A stretch of 63,040 bases of DNA, the filler included, from Octopus bimaculoides (lineage: Eukaryota), in NCBI RefSeq assembly GCF_001194135.2. It is 3 parts of 3 records of this genome, joined end to end, with 100 filler letters (N's around TTAATTAATTAA, not from the genome) between each part and the next. Parts side by side here need not be neighbours in the genome. Positions count along the whole stretch, not along the records: positions 1 to 26,987 come from NC_068985.1; 2 more parts are not named here. One strand, given 5' to 3'. A model generated the notes under the pieces. That model had not been told where the DNA came from and did no database searches. It was given only the letters and a program-made list of their open reading frames with translations. Every line of letters starts with the position of its first letter. Within the stretch, counting starts at the first letter, position 1. Of the stretch, positions 13,318 through 26,900 are shown in pieces. The translations under genes and the position numbers were made by a program.

Positions 13318-14138
13318 TAGTGCTCTGATCAATAAGTATCCAGACTGTTGTCATAGTAACGAAGCTATATGCACACTAAGTTTTAATGTTCTAGCTCAAT
13401 TCCGCTGTTTACAATAGTGCTTGGAAGGAAGGTGTGTAGCGTGTGATCATCGCATTAAACCATGACAGAGAAGGTTGAACAGAGAATCTGCATCAAATTT
13501 TGCCAAAAGCTTGGTGATACCTGCTCAGGGAGGCCTGTGCAAAGTTTTCAAAACGTTTGCATCATTCTTGACACAATCAAGGAGATCTTGTGCCACTGAA
13601 ACCTGAGTCTCCTTTTAGTCAGCTGAAAGCAGTTTTGGCACAAACTTGGCAGACACACGTCTCATACCCAAATCTTCAGTGATAAAGGGACTAAACTGAA
13701 CCGTAACTAATCTGCCCATCCTCTGATAACTCACGGATGGGGATTCAATGATTTCCCCTCACATCTGCCAGCACATCTACGATGTTCTTCTCAGTTCTGC
13801 TGGTTGTGGGACTCCAAGAACTTTCATCAATATTGACATTTGTTTTGGCCATCTTGGAAACGTCTGATCCACTCTTACCTTTGCGTGCAGCTCATACACT
13901 GTATTGGCCTCTGTGTAGGTATCGTCCTGACAACTTTCTCTGTCAAGATCAATGCAACTATCACCCGATATGCACCTTCCTTCCAAGCACTGCTGTACAC
14001 AGCAGAAGTGAGGTAGACTGTTAAAACTTAGTGCACATGCACAACAAAGTTTAAGGTCAATCTTTGCCAAGCAGCTTCTCTCTCCGTGCTTTAGCTTCGT
14101 CACTATGGCAACAGTCTGGATAATTATTGATCAGACTG
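13318..14138 (-). mobile_element. Foldback non-autonomous mariner with long (~200 bp) inverted ends
   Basis: ctgatcaataagtatccagac at the left end and gtctggataattattgatcag-actg-TA at the right end; both arms are transposon 5' ends. Confidence 0.85.
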
Positions 14139-14182
<44 letters not shown>

Positions 14183-14289
14183 AGAGAAAAACCAACTATT
14201 AACAAATTCAACAATGAAAAATGTCATTCTAAAACATTTAGAAAAACAAATATACCTCAAAACCCTATTCCAAAAATCAATAAATTACA

Positions 14290-14758
14290 CAATCAGGCCT
14301 CATAGAGGCAGAGCGGTTGAGCTCCTTTCAAGCGTTGGGCCTCTTGGAGGCAAAATGGATGAGTTTCTTTTGAATGTTGGATCTCACAGAGGCAAGGTGG
14401 CTGAGTTCCTTTCGAGTTCTGGGCCTCACAGAGGCAATGACCAAGACCTTTGGCATTATACCATGCTTGAAAAGAAGACCCATCAAACCGAGTTGTGGCA
14501 GATACTGGTATCATGCAAAGTGGCACCTGTGCTGGTGGCACATAAATGTACCCAGTGTCATGCAAATGGCACCTGTGCCAGTGGAATGTAAAAGCACCCA
14601 TTATAGTTTTTGAGTGGTTGGCATTAGGAAGGGCATCCAGCTGTAGAAAACCATGTCAAATCAAACTGGTGTCTGGTGCAGCCTTCCAGCATGCCAGTCC
14701 AGTCAAACTGTCCAACCCATGCTAGCATGGAAAGCGGATGTTAAACGATGATGATGAT
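14290..14758 (+). mobile_element. RTE-type 3' UTR with internal ~40-bp tandem repeats
   Basis: gggcctcacagaggcaa-like units, then the ggaagggcatccagctgtagaaa tail and (GAT)n. Confidence 0.65.
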
Positions 14759-15273
14759 ATATACACACATAAATATATGTATGTACTTATAACTATTTAT
14801 ATTCATGTATATGTTTATATATGAACATATTCATGTGCCTGTTTATTAGTGTAACNNNNNNNNNNNNNNNNNNNNNNNNNNNNNNNNNNNNNNNNNNNNN
14901 NNNNNNNNNNNNNNNNNNNNNNNNNNNNNNNNNNNNNNNNGTACAAAAACAACATAATATTATTTTATATCTATATTAAGTTACAATATCTGATGGATAT
15001 CTTTATATACTACTAACAATGGAAACTATCCTACGTAACCGAAATTATGAAGAACAATTATACATTGTGCTTATCAATTAAATATTTGTATGTGCAATAT
15101 ATAGATACACACGCACACACACATACACATATATGTATGAATGTGTGTGTGTATGTATATATATATATATAGATAGATAGATAGAGAGTCAAGCAGACAA
15201 ACAGATAGACAGATATATAGATAGATAGATACACACATTAATATACATGCGTACATGCATATATGAATGTGTG

Positions 15274-15315
<42 letters not shown>

Positions 15316-15374
15316 TATGAACATTTATATATATATATATGTATGAATGTATATATATATGTGTATATATATAT

Positions 15375-15408
<34 letters not shown>

Positions 15409-15917
15409 GCACACACACACATGATACAATTAGACACTTACGCCCCAGACTTATGTACAGCTTATCATGAAGCAATGATCTCCAGAGTATGAGATGAATG
15501 AATATAGTTCCTATGAAATAAACCGTTAAAAGGTTAGCCGAGAACCACTCTTGCTGATTATGCATCCTGTTCCGTGTGGTATTTCTCTGCATCTGTCATC
15601 AGATTATTTGTCATCTCATTCAGACTGGTATTTCAAATTTGAGACAGTCCAGTGGAAAATGTCATCTAAGCTTGCTCCCTCATCAAAGCACTTTTATAGC
15701 GTAATTAACCATCTATTTAACGCTAAGCATTCTTGATTGGTCAAGGGGTGAGCGGGGTAGAGGTCAGTCATCTACTGATTTCTAAGTGTAAACATCTACA
15801 TTCACACATTCACATACACACTCACATTAGTGCGTATGTCTGTGTATGAATCTCTCACTAACTCCCTTCATATATATATATATATGTGTGTGGGTGTGAG
15901 TATGTGANNNNNNNNNN

Positions 15918-15981
<64 letters not shown>

Positions 15982-16007
15982 GAGTGGCCAAATGTTATTA
16001 ATATATA

Positions 16008-16215
16008 TACAAGGCAAGCTGGTAGAATTTTGAGCTGACCAAAATGTTTAGTGGCGTTTCATCTGTCTTTGTGTTCTGAGTTCAAATTCTGCTGAGGTCG
16101 ACTTTGCCTCTGACCGTTTCAGGCTGATAAAATAAGTCCCTGTTGAGCACTAGATGTAATTAACTTAGCCCCTCCACCGAAGTTGCTGGCCTTGTGGCAA
16201 AATTTAAAGCCTATA
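16008..16215 (+). mobile_element. SINE S2
   Basis: gttctgagttcaaattctgctgaggtcgactttgcc. Confidence 0.7.
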
Positions 16216-16344
16216 TCTATATCTATGTCTATATATTGTTGTATTTGGGGATGGTCATGTGGTCAGTTTAGCCAATAAAAACACACGCACTATATATTTG
16301 GTGATAATTTGCTTCAGCTTTATTTTACATTAATCGTATTTCAG

Positions 16345-16384
16345 CCAGAGTTCTTTCGTCACACTTCTGTGACCTCATCAGTGG
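16345..16384 (-). ncRNA. Type I hammerhead (family C)
   Basis: cca-CTGATGA-g-gtcaca-gaag-tgtgac-GAA-AGAACT-C-tgg; CUC site. Confidence 0.75.
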
Positions 16385-17444
16385 TCCTTTGCTTTCTTCT
16401 TTCTTTTTTGTAAGGAAAGACACACAAAAAAGAAAGAAGAAGAAAGCAAAGGACAACTGATAGATAGATAGATAGATAGACAGATAGACAGATAGATAGA
16501 TAGATAGATAGATCTTGACAATGAGTGTTGATATGTAACTATTCCCATGCCACCAGCATGGGTGCCAGTTACGTGATACCAACATCAGCCATGACAACAA
16601 TTTCTCTGTAACTAAGCAGTTCAGCAAGAAGAAGAATTACTAAGCTTAAAAAATAAGCAGTGGGGGGGTTCTTTAAGGTTGTGACCCAGCTTGGCCACAC
16701 TCTTGTAAAAGATAAAGCATAAGTAAATGATAAAAGATAAAAGATATATGTCTGTATGTTCAAACAAGATGGCTGTCTGCTCCATTTTTTAAGAGTCCAC
16801 AAAAGTCATAGGTACTGTTCACAGAAATCCTGACAATTTCACCTCAAAATCAGAAAAGCATGTTTTAATAGAAATTTTGAGGAAACATTCTTTGGATGTC
16901 AAATTAGGCAGAGATAATTGCGGACGGTTTATGCTTTCTCCATAAAACAGAATCTAAAACTCATTCGAACATTTCAATACTCTTGAAACGGGTTTTCTTA
17001 TCATGCAATGTGTTCAGGTTAAATATATTTAGTGCAGCTTATTTCATTCCAAGGTCTTAATTAATATTTCTTAAGTATTCAGGGACTTCATTACTTAGCA
17101 TGATATGCTATACCATCTGTGGGAGATCTTTGCAACCAAGAGGACTACTCTAGTGTCACTAGCTCTGATCAGACAATACACATCAAGGGGGCAATCCTGG
17201 TACCCTCTTCACCCAATCAACAGCATATCCTATTAGTATAATAAAATGAATATCTCAGCATTTACTAATTGATCAGATTGACAGGATTAATATAGTTTAT
17301 TATCATTATTATTATTATTATTTATTGCCTTTGTACAGCTTCTAACACTGGAGATGTGCTACAATGTCAGCTGTTCACTACCAGTGAACTAAGGTAACAC
17401 CAGAATTGCTTGCTTTCTTTCTCATTTAACACTGTCTGGTTTCC

Positions 17445-17680
<236 letters not shown>

Positions 17681-20479
17681 TTTTTTAAAATCTAGTGATA
17701 TATCTTTATTACCTAGTTAGCATTTTGATCTGGTGCAACTCCACTGAGTCCAGTGGCTGACTGTTTTAAAGATAACCTCAGTAACTATGTTTAACTTCTC
17801 TTGCTATCAGCATCACATTTTGCCAGCTTCCTTTCAGCTCACAGAATCTGTTGAATTCAAAATTTGGAACTAAGTTTATGTCTTTATTAAATTTTAGAAG
17901 TACATCATTTGAGCTTAAGACATGATCAATCATTGGCTCCACCAATGCTATGGAGGAATGTGCTGACTGTGTGTGTGTCTTAGCTTTTGTACACTTCTGA
18001 TAAAGTTCCAGCAATCAATCTAGGCAAAAGTGTCACACTGTCATAATTCTTGGAAATTTCTTCAATATGAATATTTTATTTTTAAATAGAGATATAAATA
18101 GTCTGCAACTCTCCTTCAAACTTCAATACTGAAACACATCAAACGTTTAGACATACCAGATTGGTGCATTATAACTCTTGAAATATCTGCCAATTAGAAT
18201 GCAGAAAGTTACAATAAAATATCTCCAGAAAGATATTTCTTTATAGTTTTTCTTCTTCCTCTTTAACTAGACTTCATTTTTTTGTGAAGACATCCTTTAG
18301 AGAATGTCTTATTGCATTATCCATAATTCTATTAGTTCTTGAAAGCAGGTCAATCATATTGGACTTATAGCAAGCTTTTAGATATGACATTACAAGCTGA
18401 AATTAAACAATGCCTGATCCAAATCACCATTTAAAAACTGACTTATCGAAAATACCATCAACAGACAAAAAAACCTTCTCACACTTGGCAAAGGCCTTCT
18501 CCAAATGCTTCATTTACCGATCATTCTTATTCTTCATTTACATATGACTTTCAATATTGTTATCACACAAACCTTTATTGACATTGTTTTTTATTTGTTG
18601 TCTTTTTTTAAGTAAAACTTCCCAGAATATTGCTTTAGAGATAAAAATAAATGCAAGTGACAAAACTTTTTTTTTTTACAATAACTACAACAAAATATTT
18701 CGTTTAAAAGGAAAGACAAATCAAACAACAGAAAATATAAACAAAAACTCGTTGAGATAACATATCGGCTGCAACGTTCTTTTAAATTGAACAGTTACTT
18801 TTTGTATGATATAACTGTTGGTTTCAAGTGTATTGATTTTAAATATTTGCATATGATAAATAGGAATTCTTTAATCTTTTATGAATCCTTTTGAAGATAG
18901 AACATTACTTTTGAAAATTAAGAAAGTTAATTACATAGAAAAATGATCCTATTTCCCCTCCACAAGTATTTCAGATGTTAAGGAGGTTTTTACACTTCTC
19001 TTTAGTTTATATTATTTAAGAGATTAACAACTGGAATATAATGTCAAACCATCGTAATGAAGAATACCTAATTTAATTGTGAAGCCTAATAGCTTTGATA
19101 AATAGGAAAATGGAAGTTGTGATACTTGTACTTCCTATAAACCAAGTCAGTGAAGCTGCATATATTCAATCTTAAGCTTTTACTCTTAAAAATTGGAGGA
19201 AAATAAGATGGGTATTAATAGCAAATGGTATTCAGGAACAGATGAGTGTTGGGTGAGGGGCAAAGTTTTTGAAGTTTTAGTTACGTTGTTCAGGATATGA
19301 TTTGGTCAGGATCTCCGTTGCCATTGAAAATAGTGGATTTTCAGGAAAGGAATTTCACTATAGAAATGGATTCAGACGACATTCCTTTGCAATGCTTTGA
19401 TAAAGATTAACCAACAAACTCTAATGTTTGCAATAAAGTACAGTGCCACTCTCAAGACAATCAACTAATACAAATCTACCTGCTAAATGCAGTAAATCTA
19501 CCCCCAAATCTTGTAAATCTACCCCCAAATCTTGTAAATCTAATAACCCCAAATCCATTCCTATAGTTTGAAAATTGATGAGAAAATGATTCTGCATGGA
19601 ACACCTTTTATCAGGAATCTACTTGAGCAGGGCTGCTTCTGCTACTGCTTCTGCTACTGTTGCTGTTGTTGTTACCGGTGTTGCTGCTGCTGTCACTGCT
19701 GCTGCTGCTGCTACTACTACTACTACTACTACTACTTCTTCTTTTTCTTCTCTCTCTCTCTGTCTCTCTCTCTCTATATATATACATACGTATACAGTCT
19801 GATCTATAGACATACAACAGGTACAGGTGTCGTTATGTGAGTAAGAATTTGCTTTGCAACCAAGTGATTTCAAGTTCATCCTCACGGATTGGCACCATGG
19901 CCAAAAGTCTTTGGTCCCACCCTCAAACTGACCGATGCCCCACAGGATGGAAATTATATAAAAGAACACCATGTTTGTGCACCTGTGTACATGTGTGTAT
20001 ATGCTCAGGTATTCTTGCGTGTGTGTGTGAGAGAGAGAGAGAGTGGAGGAGACAGCAAGAGCAGGAGAGGGATGGAGGCAAATGCCTGGGTGTAATCACA
20101 AGGAATGGGGATTAAGGCATAGATGGGAAGGTAGAGGAAGGAAGAGGGAGATGAATGGTGGCAGGTGTTGACAGAGTATCGCCAAGGAGTTGTGAGTCAG
20201 AAATGGGGGTGGGGAATGCTGTGACTGGTGAGAATCTGGGTATATAGAGAGGGAGGAGATGGGGAAGAGGACTGGATTGGGGTGTGGGAGATAATCATAG
20301 AGTATGAAGAGGAAGTGTGAGGAAGAGAAGAGAAACAGTTTGGGAAGGGGGGATGTAGTTTGGTTTGTTGGGGGGTAGGGTGTGTGAAAGTTTTATTGTT
20401 ATGTGTGGGAGGGACACAATGCTTCTAGAACTCAGGTTCGCTGACGTGGGTGGGTCTTTTCTAGAACCTTATATCACCA

Positions 20480-20975
20480 GACATCTTGGTCCAGAGTCAT
20501 TTCCTCCATGTGTCCCTACATCCTGAGATCAGTCCTTACCACATCATCCCATGTCTTTCTGGGTTTCCCTCTTCCACAGGTACCATCTACTTTCAGTGAT
20601 CAGCACTTCTTTATACAGCTGTCTTCATTCATACGCATGACATGTCCAAACCAAAGTAGTCTTCTCTCTTGCGTGCTGCATTTGATTCCTCTTATGCCTG
20701 ACTTTTCTCTCAACACATTTGCGCTTTGTCGTTCATGCACATTAATACTGCACATCAAACAGAGCATACGGCCTCCATGTCCTCTGTGCATGTCCTCTGC
20801 ATTCAGAACCCATGTCTCTCTACCATGGAGTAGAGCCATTCATACACAAGCATCAAACAATCTACCTTTCACTCTGAGAGAGAGAGTCGTTTTGCTGCCA
20901 ACAGAGGTAGAAACTCCCTGAACTTTCTCCATCCTATTCATATTCTTGAAACAATACTTTCAGAGCATCACCCCC
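20480..20975 (-). mobile_element. RTE-clade LINE RT C-terminal fragment
   Basis: KFREFLPLL..SLRVKGRLFDAC..HGRETW..ERRLLWFGHVMRM. Confidence 0.85.
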
Positions 20976-21744
20976 ATTGCTGATTTGGTTACCTAGGCAA
21001 CAAAAGCTATATATTCCAAATAAATCAACAAAACTCCTTGAAATTCTACCTAAAGTCGTGTGTAGTTGTCCGATTGTTTTCTTCTTTCATGACTTTATAG
21101 AAAAGATCTGGACCCCACCTTTTTTATAGAAATTATTATCGAATAAAAAATGCTTTTCACCTACTAATTTCCACTTTGAAACAGAAATACTCTCACTTCT
21201 TATATCCTAGTTCAAATACTGCCATGGTCAACTTTGCCATTCATCCATTTGAGATCGATAATTAAGTACCAGTCAAGCACTGGTAATCGACTGGACCCCA
21301 TTCTCCAAAAGTTTCAGCCCTTGTGGTTGCATTAGAAAGGAATATCACAGCCATATTGAACCATGCTTATTATAAAATAACATCTTATATAAAAACCAAA
21401 TCAGGAAAAAATTTTCTAAAAGTGATGTTTTTTGCAGTGGAGTCCAACATGGCAAAGCTGATTTAAAAAAAATAAATAAACAGTCAGATCAGTCTAATTT
21501 TTTTTATTTGAATTTTATAATTGTAACTTTTTTCTAAGATAAAACAGCAGTCCACAAATTTGGGTTTTTTTTTACTGCTTCCTTGAATTTTTATAGTATC
21601 TAATGTTGCACTGTAATAAAAATAAAATATACAAGTTAAAATATAGATTTTTATGGGTTTTTTAATTAAAAAAAGGTGTATTTTTTAAAAATTTATTTAT
21701 TTGAGTCATATTTTAGTTTTTAAATGAAAAACATTTCTCAGTAC

Positions 21745-22165
21745 GTAGAAATAACTGAAGAAAATTGGTAGGATCGTCGTCAAATCCTCAATGTCGATGA
21801 AACTGGCCTATTCTGGAAAAAAATGTCAACTAGAACTATTCTGACAAGAAAAGAGGCAACAACATCAGGTTCTAAAGCAGCCAAGGATCGATTAACAGTT
21901 CCACTGAGAGGTAATGCCAAAGTTGAATGTAAATTAAAACCGATGCTAATTTATTGTACAATGAACCCAAGAGCATTAAAAGCAATCCCTTTCAGTAATT
22001 TGGAAACCAAATAAAATGGCTTGGGGGACAAAGCAGTTGTTTGAAGAATGGTTCAATATGCATTTTTGTTCCAAATTTGAAAAATATTAAAGAAATAATA
22101 ATAATTTAGATTTTCAAGTTATCTTAATTTTAGATAATGCACCTGAGTATCCCACCTCACTTAAT
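21745..22165 (+). mobile_element. Tigger/pogo (DDE_1) transposase remnant
   Basis: ILNVDETGLFWKKMSTRT..KAAKDRLTV..KLKPMLIY..LILDNAPEYP. Confidence 0.9.
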
Positions 22166-22639
22166 GATTTGAATAGCAATGCAAATAGCTGAATAGGGTT
22201 AAAATCAGCAGACAGACTGTTAGAAATTAAGGACAGACAACACACATTTGCTGTTAACCATCACAGAGTACAACCAATGGCTACGGGGCAGAGGTCACCA
22301 TTGGGCTTGGTGAGATCAAATAGTTTAGCCCTAAAGAAGAGGGGACAAATGTAGGAAAGGGTACTTGGACAAGAACAAGTTTCCATGTAAGCCAACTTTT
22401 CCGTCTTTGGAGAGAAAGAGTTAAGGAATATCTTTAATAAATGATATCAGTGATTACCAGTTGATTGAAGAATTAAAGAACATACTTTGTGAAAGATAAA
22501 TGTAGTTGGCACTTTCATGATCAGAGAATTAAGGAAATCCTTAGTGAAAGATAAAAGTGGTTCGTAGTTCCATTGCTAAAGGATCAAGGAATATCCTTAG
22601 TAAAAGACAAAAGAAGTTACTAGTTCCATCTTCGAAGAG

Positions 22640-23250
22640 AAAGTTAACACATATCACAGGAAACTTTGTAAATCTGGAAAAAGAATTTGCTGGAGAATAT
22701 GGTGAAGAAATAAGTCATCAGTTTAAATGATGAGTTAATTTCCTATCTGATACCATACAAAATGGAATCGTAGAGGTGTACGTTCATAACACCCAGCACA
22801 AGATCAGAAAAATAGTTGAAGATTGCATGTTTATTGATATCATATATGATTACTCTGGCATGGAACAAGAAATTAAATGACATGTTGCCTGGTACATATT
22901 TTGTATACTGCAGAAACTACTCTGTGGACCTTGTCCTCCAAGAAGCTGGATCTACAGTTTCCATGGTCACTGATGCATTGAACTTTGTTCACCAAATCAC
23001 AATTCTTCTCAAAGTACTATTGACCAGCCATTGTGATGGAAATGTCTTCATGCTGCATCAAGTAAGAGAATGTTCAGCACACTTCGCTGTTTGAAGATCT
23101 GACTCCATACCACAAGGATGCAACATCATCTGACACACTGTGCTAAAATGCATGTACTTAAAATCATGTGTAATGCAAAGACTTAAGACATCCTCTTGGA
23201 AAACTTCATCACCAAAATGAGCAAATATAGAAAAACTTTGGGAATGATTT
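22640..23250 (+). mobile_element. Ancient hAT-like transposase remnant
   Basis: SDTIQNGIVEV and TYFVYCRNYSVDLVLQEA resemble the hAT IQNE and Y(V/I)HCxAHxLNL motifs. Confidence 0.55.
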
Positions 23251-23269
23251 GAAGTATTACTTTTCCAGG

Positions 23270-23343
<74 letters not shown>

Positions 23344-23526
23344 TTATCATACCTCTGTTTTAACATTAAGATTGAAATAAATCAGCCTTGATTGCAAAAA
23401 GAATTGGACCTGAGTTTGCACCCCCCCTCCCCAAGCAAATTTTGCTTCTGGGTCACTGGACTTGATAGAGGGAAATTGAAAAAGAAAACCTGTCGTATAT
23501 GTGTGTGTGTGAGTGTGTGCATGTAA

Positions 23527-23563
<37 letters not shown>

Positions 23564-25082
23564 TGTCAGTGTTTGTCTTTCACCAATGCTTGACAACCAG
23601 TGTTGGTGTGTTTATATTCCTTTAACTTAGCAGTTCAGTATGAGAGACCAAAAAAATAAGCGCCAGGCTTTAAAAAAAAGTATTGGAGCAGATTCATTGG
23701 ACTAAAAATTATTTAAGGTGGTGCCCCAGCATGGCCACAATCTATTGATTGAAACAAGTAAAAGAGAAAATATAAGATGTGTACTCTTTGGTACCAAATA
23801 ATCGTAGAAAATATATAAGAAAGCAAGAAAACAGACTTGTAAATTGACTAAATATGTGTTTCTCGTCTAAATCTGTCCGACTATGAGGGGAGCCTCAGGA
23901 AAGTCCTGTAAAGAGGCAAGTTTTTAATCTGCTGCACGGAGCAGTAAAAGCATCAGCACTTCAAGAGAAAAAAATGTTAACAATGTGTCTGCTGGCTTAA
24001 CAAGGCTGGAAGGCAAGCAGCAAAATATCTGCTTTTTCTGTCTTTCTCTTTCCTGACCACTCACTCATTTTTTGTCCTTCATTTTGATACTTCCTTCTCA
24101 AAAATAATAGAATACAAAGAAAATAACATCACTGCCCTTACTATAACTGAAAGCAAGCAGTGAAAGATTTGCTTCCCTTTACCTTTCTTTCACCTGTTTA
24201 TTTTGTCTCTCTTTCTGATGCTCCATTCTTGAAGAGAATAATAGAATACGAAGAGACTAGTACCATTGCTCTTACTGATTATGATGGAAACCAGGAAAAT
24301 TTGCTTGTTTGTTTTGTCTTTCTTGTCGACGCNNNNNNNNNNNNNNNNNNNNNNNNNNNNNNNNNNNNNNNNNNNNNNNNNNNNNNNNNNNNNNNNNNNN
24401 NNNNNNNNNNNNNNNNNNNNNNNNNNNNNNNNNNNNNNNNNNNNNNNNNNNNNNNNNNNNNNNNNNNNNNNNNNNNNNNNNNNNNNNNNNNNNNNNNNNN
24501 NNNNNNNNNNNNNNNNNNNNNNNNNNNNNNNNNNNNNNNNNNNNNNNNNNNNNNNNNNNNNNNNNNNNNNNNNNNNNNNNNNNNNNNNNNNNNNNNNNNN
24601 NNNNNNNNNNNNNNNNNNNNNNNNNNNNNNNNNNNNNNNNNNNNNNNNNNNNNNNNNNNNNNNNNNNNNNNNNNNNNNNNNNNNNNNNNNNNNNNNNNNN
24701 NNNNNNNNNNNNNNNNNNNNNNNNNNNNNNNNNNNNNNNNNNNNNNNNNNNNNNNNNNNNNNNNNNNNNNNNNNNNNNNNNNNNNNNNNNNNNNNNNNNN
24801 NNNNNNNNNNNNNNNNNNNNNNNNNNNNNNNNNNNNNNNNNNNNNNNNNNNNNNNNNNNNNNNNNNNNNNNNNNNNNNNNNNNNNNNNNNNNNNNNNNNN
24901 NNNNNNNNNNNNNNNNNNGTGTGGTAAGAAGCTTGCTCCCCAACCCATGGTTCTGGGTTCAGTCCCACTGCATGGCACCTCGGTTAGGTGTCTTCTACTA
25001 TAGCGTCAGGCTGACCAAAACCTTGTGAGTGAATTTGGTAGACGGAAACTGAAAGAAGCCTGTCGTATATACAGATATAGAC

Positions 25083-25320
25083 ATCAGACTCAGCAATGAC
25101 ACCCTGATCTCATGCCATTTCTGATCTACCGGTCATTCACTGCAATACCTGTCTGTGTTCAGACTGTCTTTGCACAGGAGCCATCTAGACTGCTACCTTC
25201 ACTGTGAACAGGAATTGATCTTCTCTCTTCACTCCTTTGCACCACACTGGATCAACTCCTCTCTTCTCTTCATCTGACACCTACTTCCTCTCTTCACTCC
25301 TACCCACCTTCTCTCTTCAT
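25083..25320 (+). mobile_element. PLE GIY-YIG C-terminal fragment
   Basis: Diverged copy of about 31890-32230. Confidence 0.7.
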
Positions 25321-25339
25321 TGATATATATATATTTATG

Positions 25340-25376
<37 letters not shown>

Positions 25377-25742
25377 NNNNNNNNNNNNNNNNNNNNNNNN
25401 NNNNNNNNNNNNNNNNNNNNNNNNNNNNNNNNNNNNNNNNNNNNNNNNNNNNNNNNNNNNNNNNNNNNNNNNNNNNNNNNNNNNNNNNNNNNNNNNNNNN
25501 NNNNNNNNNNNNNNNNNNNNNNNNNNNNNNNNNNNNNNNNNNNNNNNNNNNNNNNNNNNNNNNNNNNNNNNNNNNNNNNNNNNNNNNNNNNNNNNNNNNN
25601 NNNNNNNNNNNNNNNNNNNNNNNNNNNNNNNNNNNNNNNNNNNNNNNNNNNNNNNNNNNNNNNNNNNNNNNNNNNNNNNNNNNNNNNNNNNNNNNNNNNN
25701 NNNNNNNNNNNNNNNNNNNNNNNNNNNNNNNNNNNNNNNNNN

Positions 25743-25787
<45 letters not shown>

Positions 25788-26039
25788 GTATGTATTCATG
25801 TGTCTGTGTTTGTCCACCCACTGATGTCACCGTAATTTAGTGGTTCAGCAAAAGAGACTGATAGAATAAGTACTGGGCTTATAAAGAATAAGTCCTGGAG
25901 TTGATGTGTTTGACTAAATGCGGTGCTCCAGCATGGCTGAAGTCAAATGACTGAAACAAATAAAAGAATAAAGGAACAAAGAATATATATGTATATATAT
26001 GTATACAGTATATATATGTATACAGTATATATATGTATT

Positions 26040-26900
26040 AAGTAGTAAGCCACCAATTTAACTCCGACCACTATGTTCCTCTATTGCATGCAACCTTAAT
26101 CTCCCACCTCCCTCTCTCCTCCTTCCTCTTCGCTTCTAGCAAATCCACCTTACTCCCACTCCTAAATATTTAACCTCTTCTTTTCCTTTTCTTCTCATTC
26201 TTGACCGTTTTACTTCCAAAACTTTGTTCCTTTCTATTCTGCATAATAAACATAAATTGCATGGCTGCTGCAATGTATTTATTTGCCACTGACATAATAA
26301 AGGGACCCCAGTTTAATATTCATGACTTTCCCCTAAAGTCAGAATCAATCTAACCTCAATCACCTCTTCTCCCTCTTTTCTTCATTCTTAACAACTTTAG
26401 ACAATTACCAACTCCTGAATTTTTTACCTCTTCCTTCTTTTCTCTTACCAACCATTTTATCTCTTCATTCATATGTTTTTCCCCTTTACTCCATTCTTCC
26501 AGCTTCAATCATTTTGAATTATATCTCTGGCAAGTTGAGATTCCTTATGGATAACGTAACCCTTCATATAACTGAGGTATATTTGGCCTGATGAGTAGCT
26601 AGCAGAGTACCCCTCATTGACTAATTATTAGTTCTGAGGATCTGCTAGCTAAGAAACATATGTAGCCTCGACTTTTACCCACACCATTCCTTCAATTTGG
26701 ATTTTTATCCACATTCATAGCAACCCTAGATGTTCATTGTGAACTATAGAGAACCTTTATTCAGCAGATCAAACTTTGATATGGGAAAAACCTATAACCT
26801 TCTCCATCAATAATCTATTACTATACCTGAAAGTTGGATTTTATACCTACCATTGAAGGTTACTAACTGCTAACACCACTGCTTGAAGCTTACTAACAAC
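26040..26900 (+). mobile_element. Degraded PLE: pyrimidine-rich tract, pLTR with hammerhead, start of the next ORF
   Basis: Hammerhead at 26585-26667; downstream ttactatacctgaaagttggattttatacctacc approximates the PLE N-terminal LxKGLxFIPT motif with a frameshift. Confidence 0.55.
26585..26667 (+). ncRNA. Type I hammerhead with long helix II (family D)
   Basis: ggc-CTGATGA-g-tagctagcaga...tctgctagcta-a-GAA-ACATATGT-A-gcc. Confidence 0.85.

Noticed and set aside
16569-16802. Hydrophobic minus-strand ORF as a host exon
   Set aside because: It overlaps decayed SINE and RTE-tail sequence (gtggccaagctgggtcacaaccttaaagaa resembles S1).
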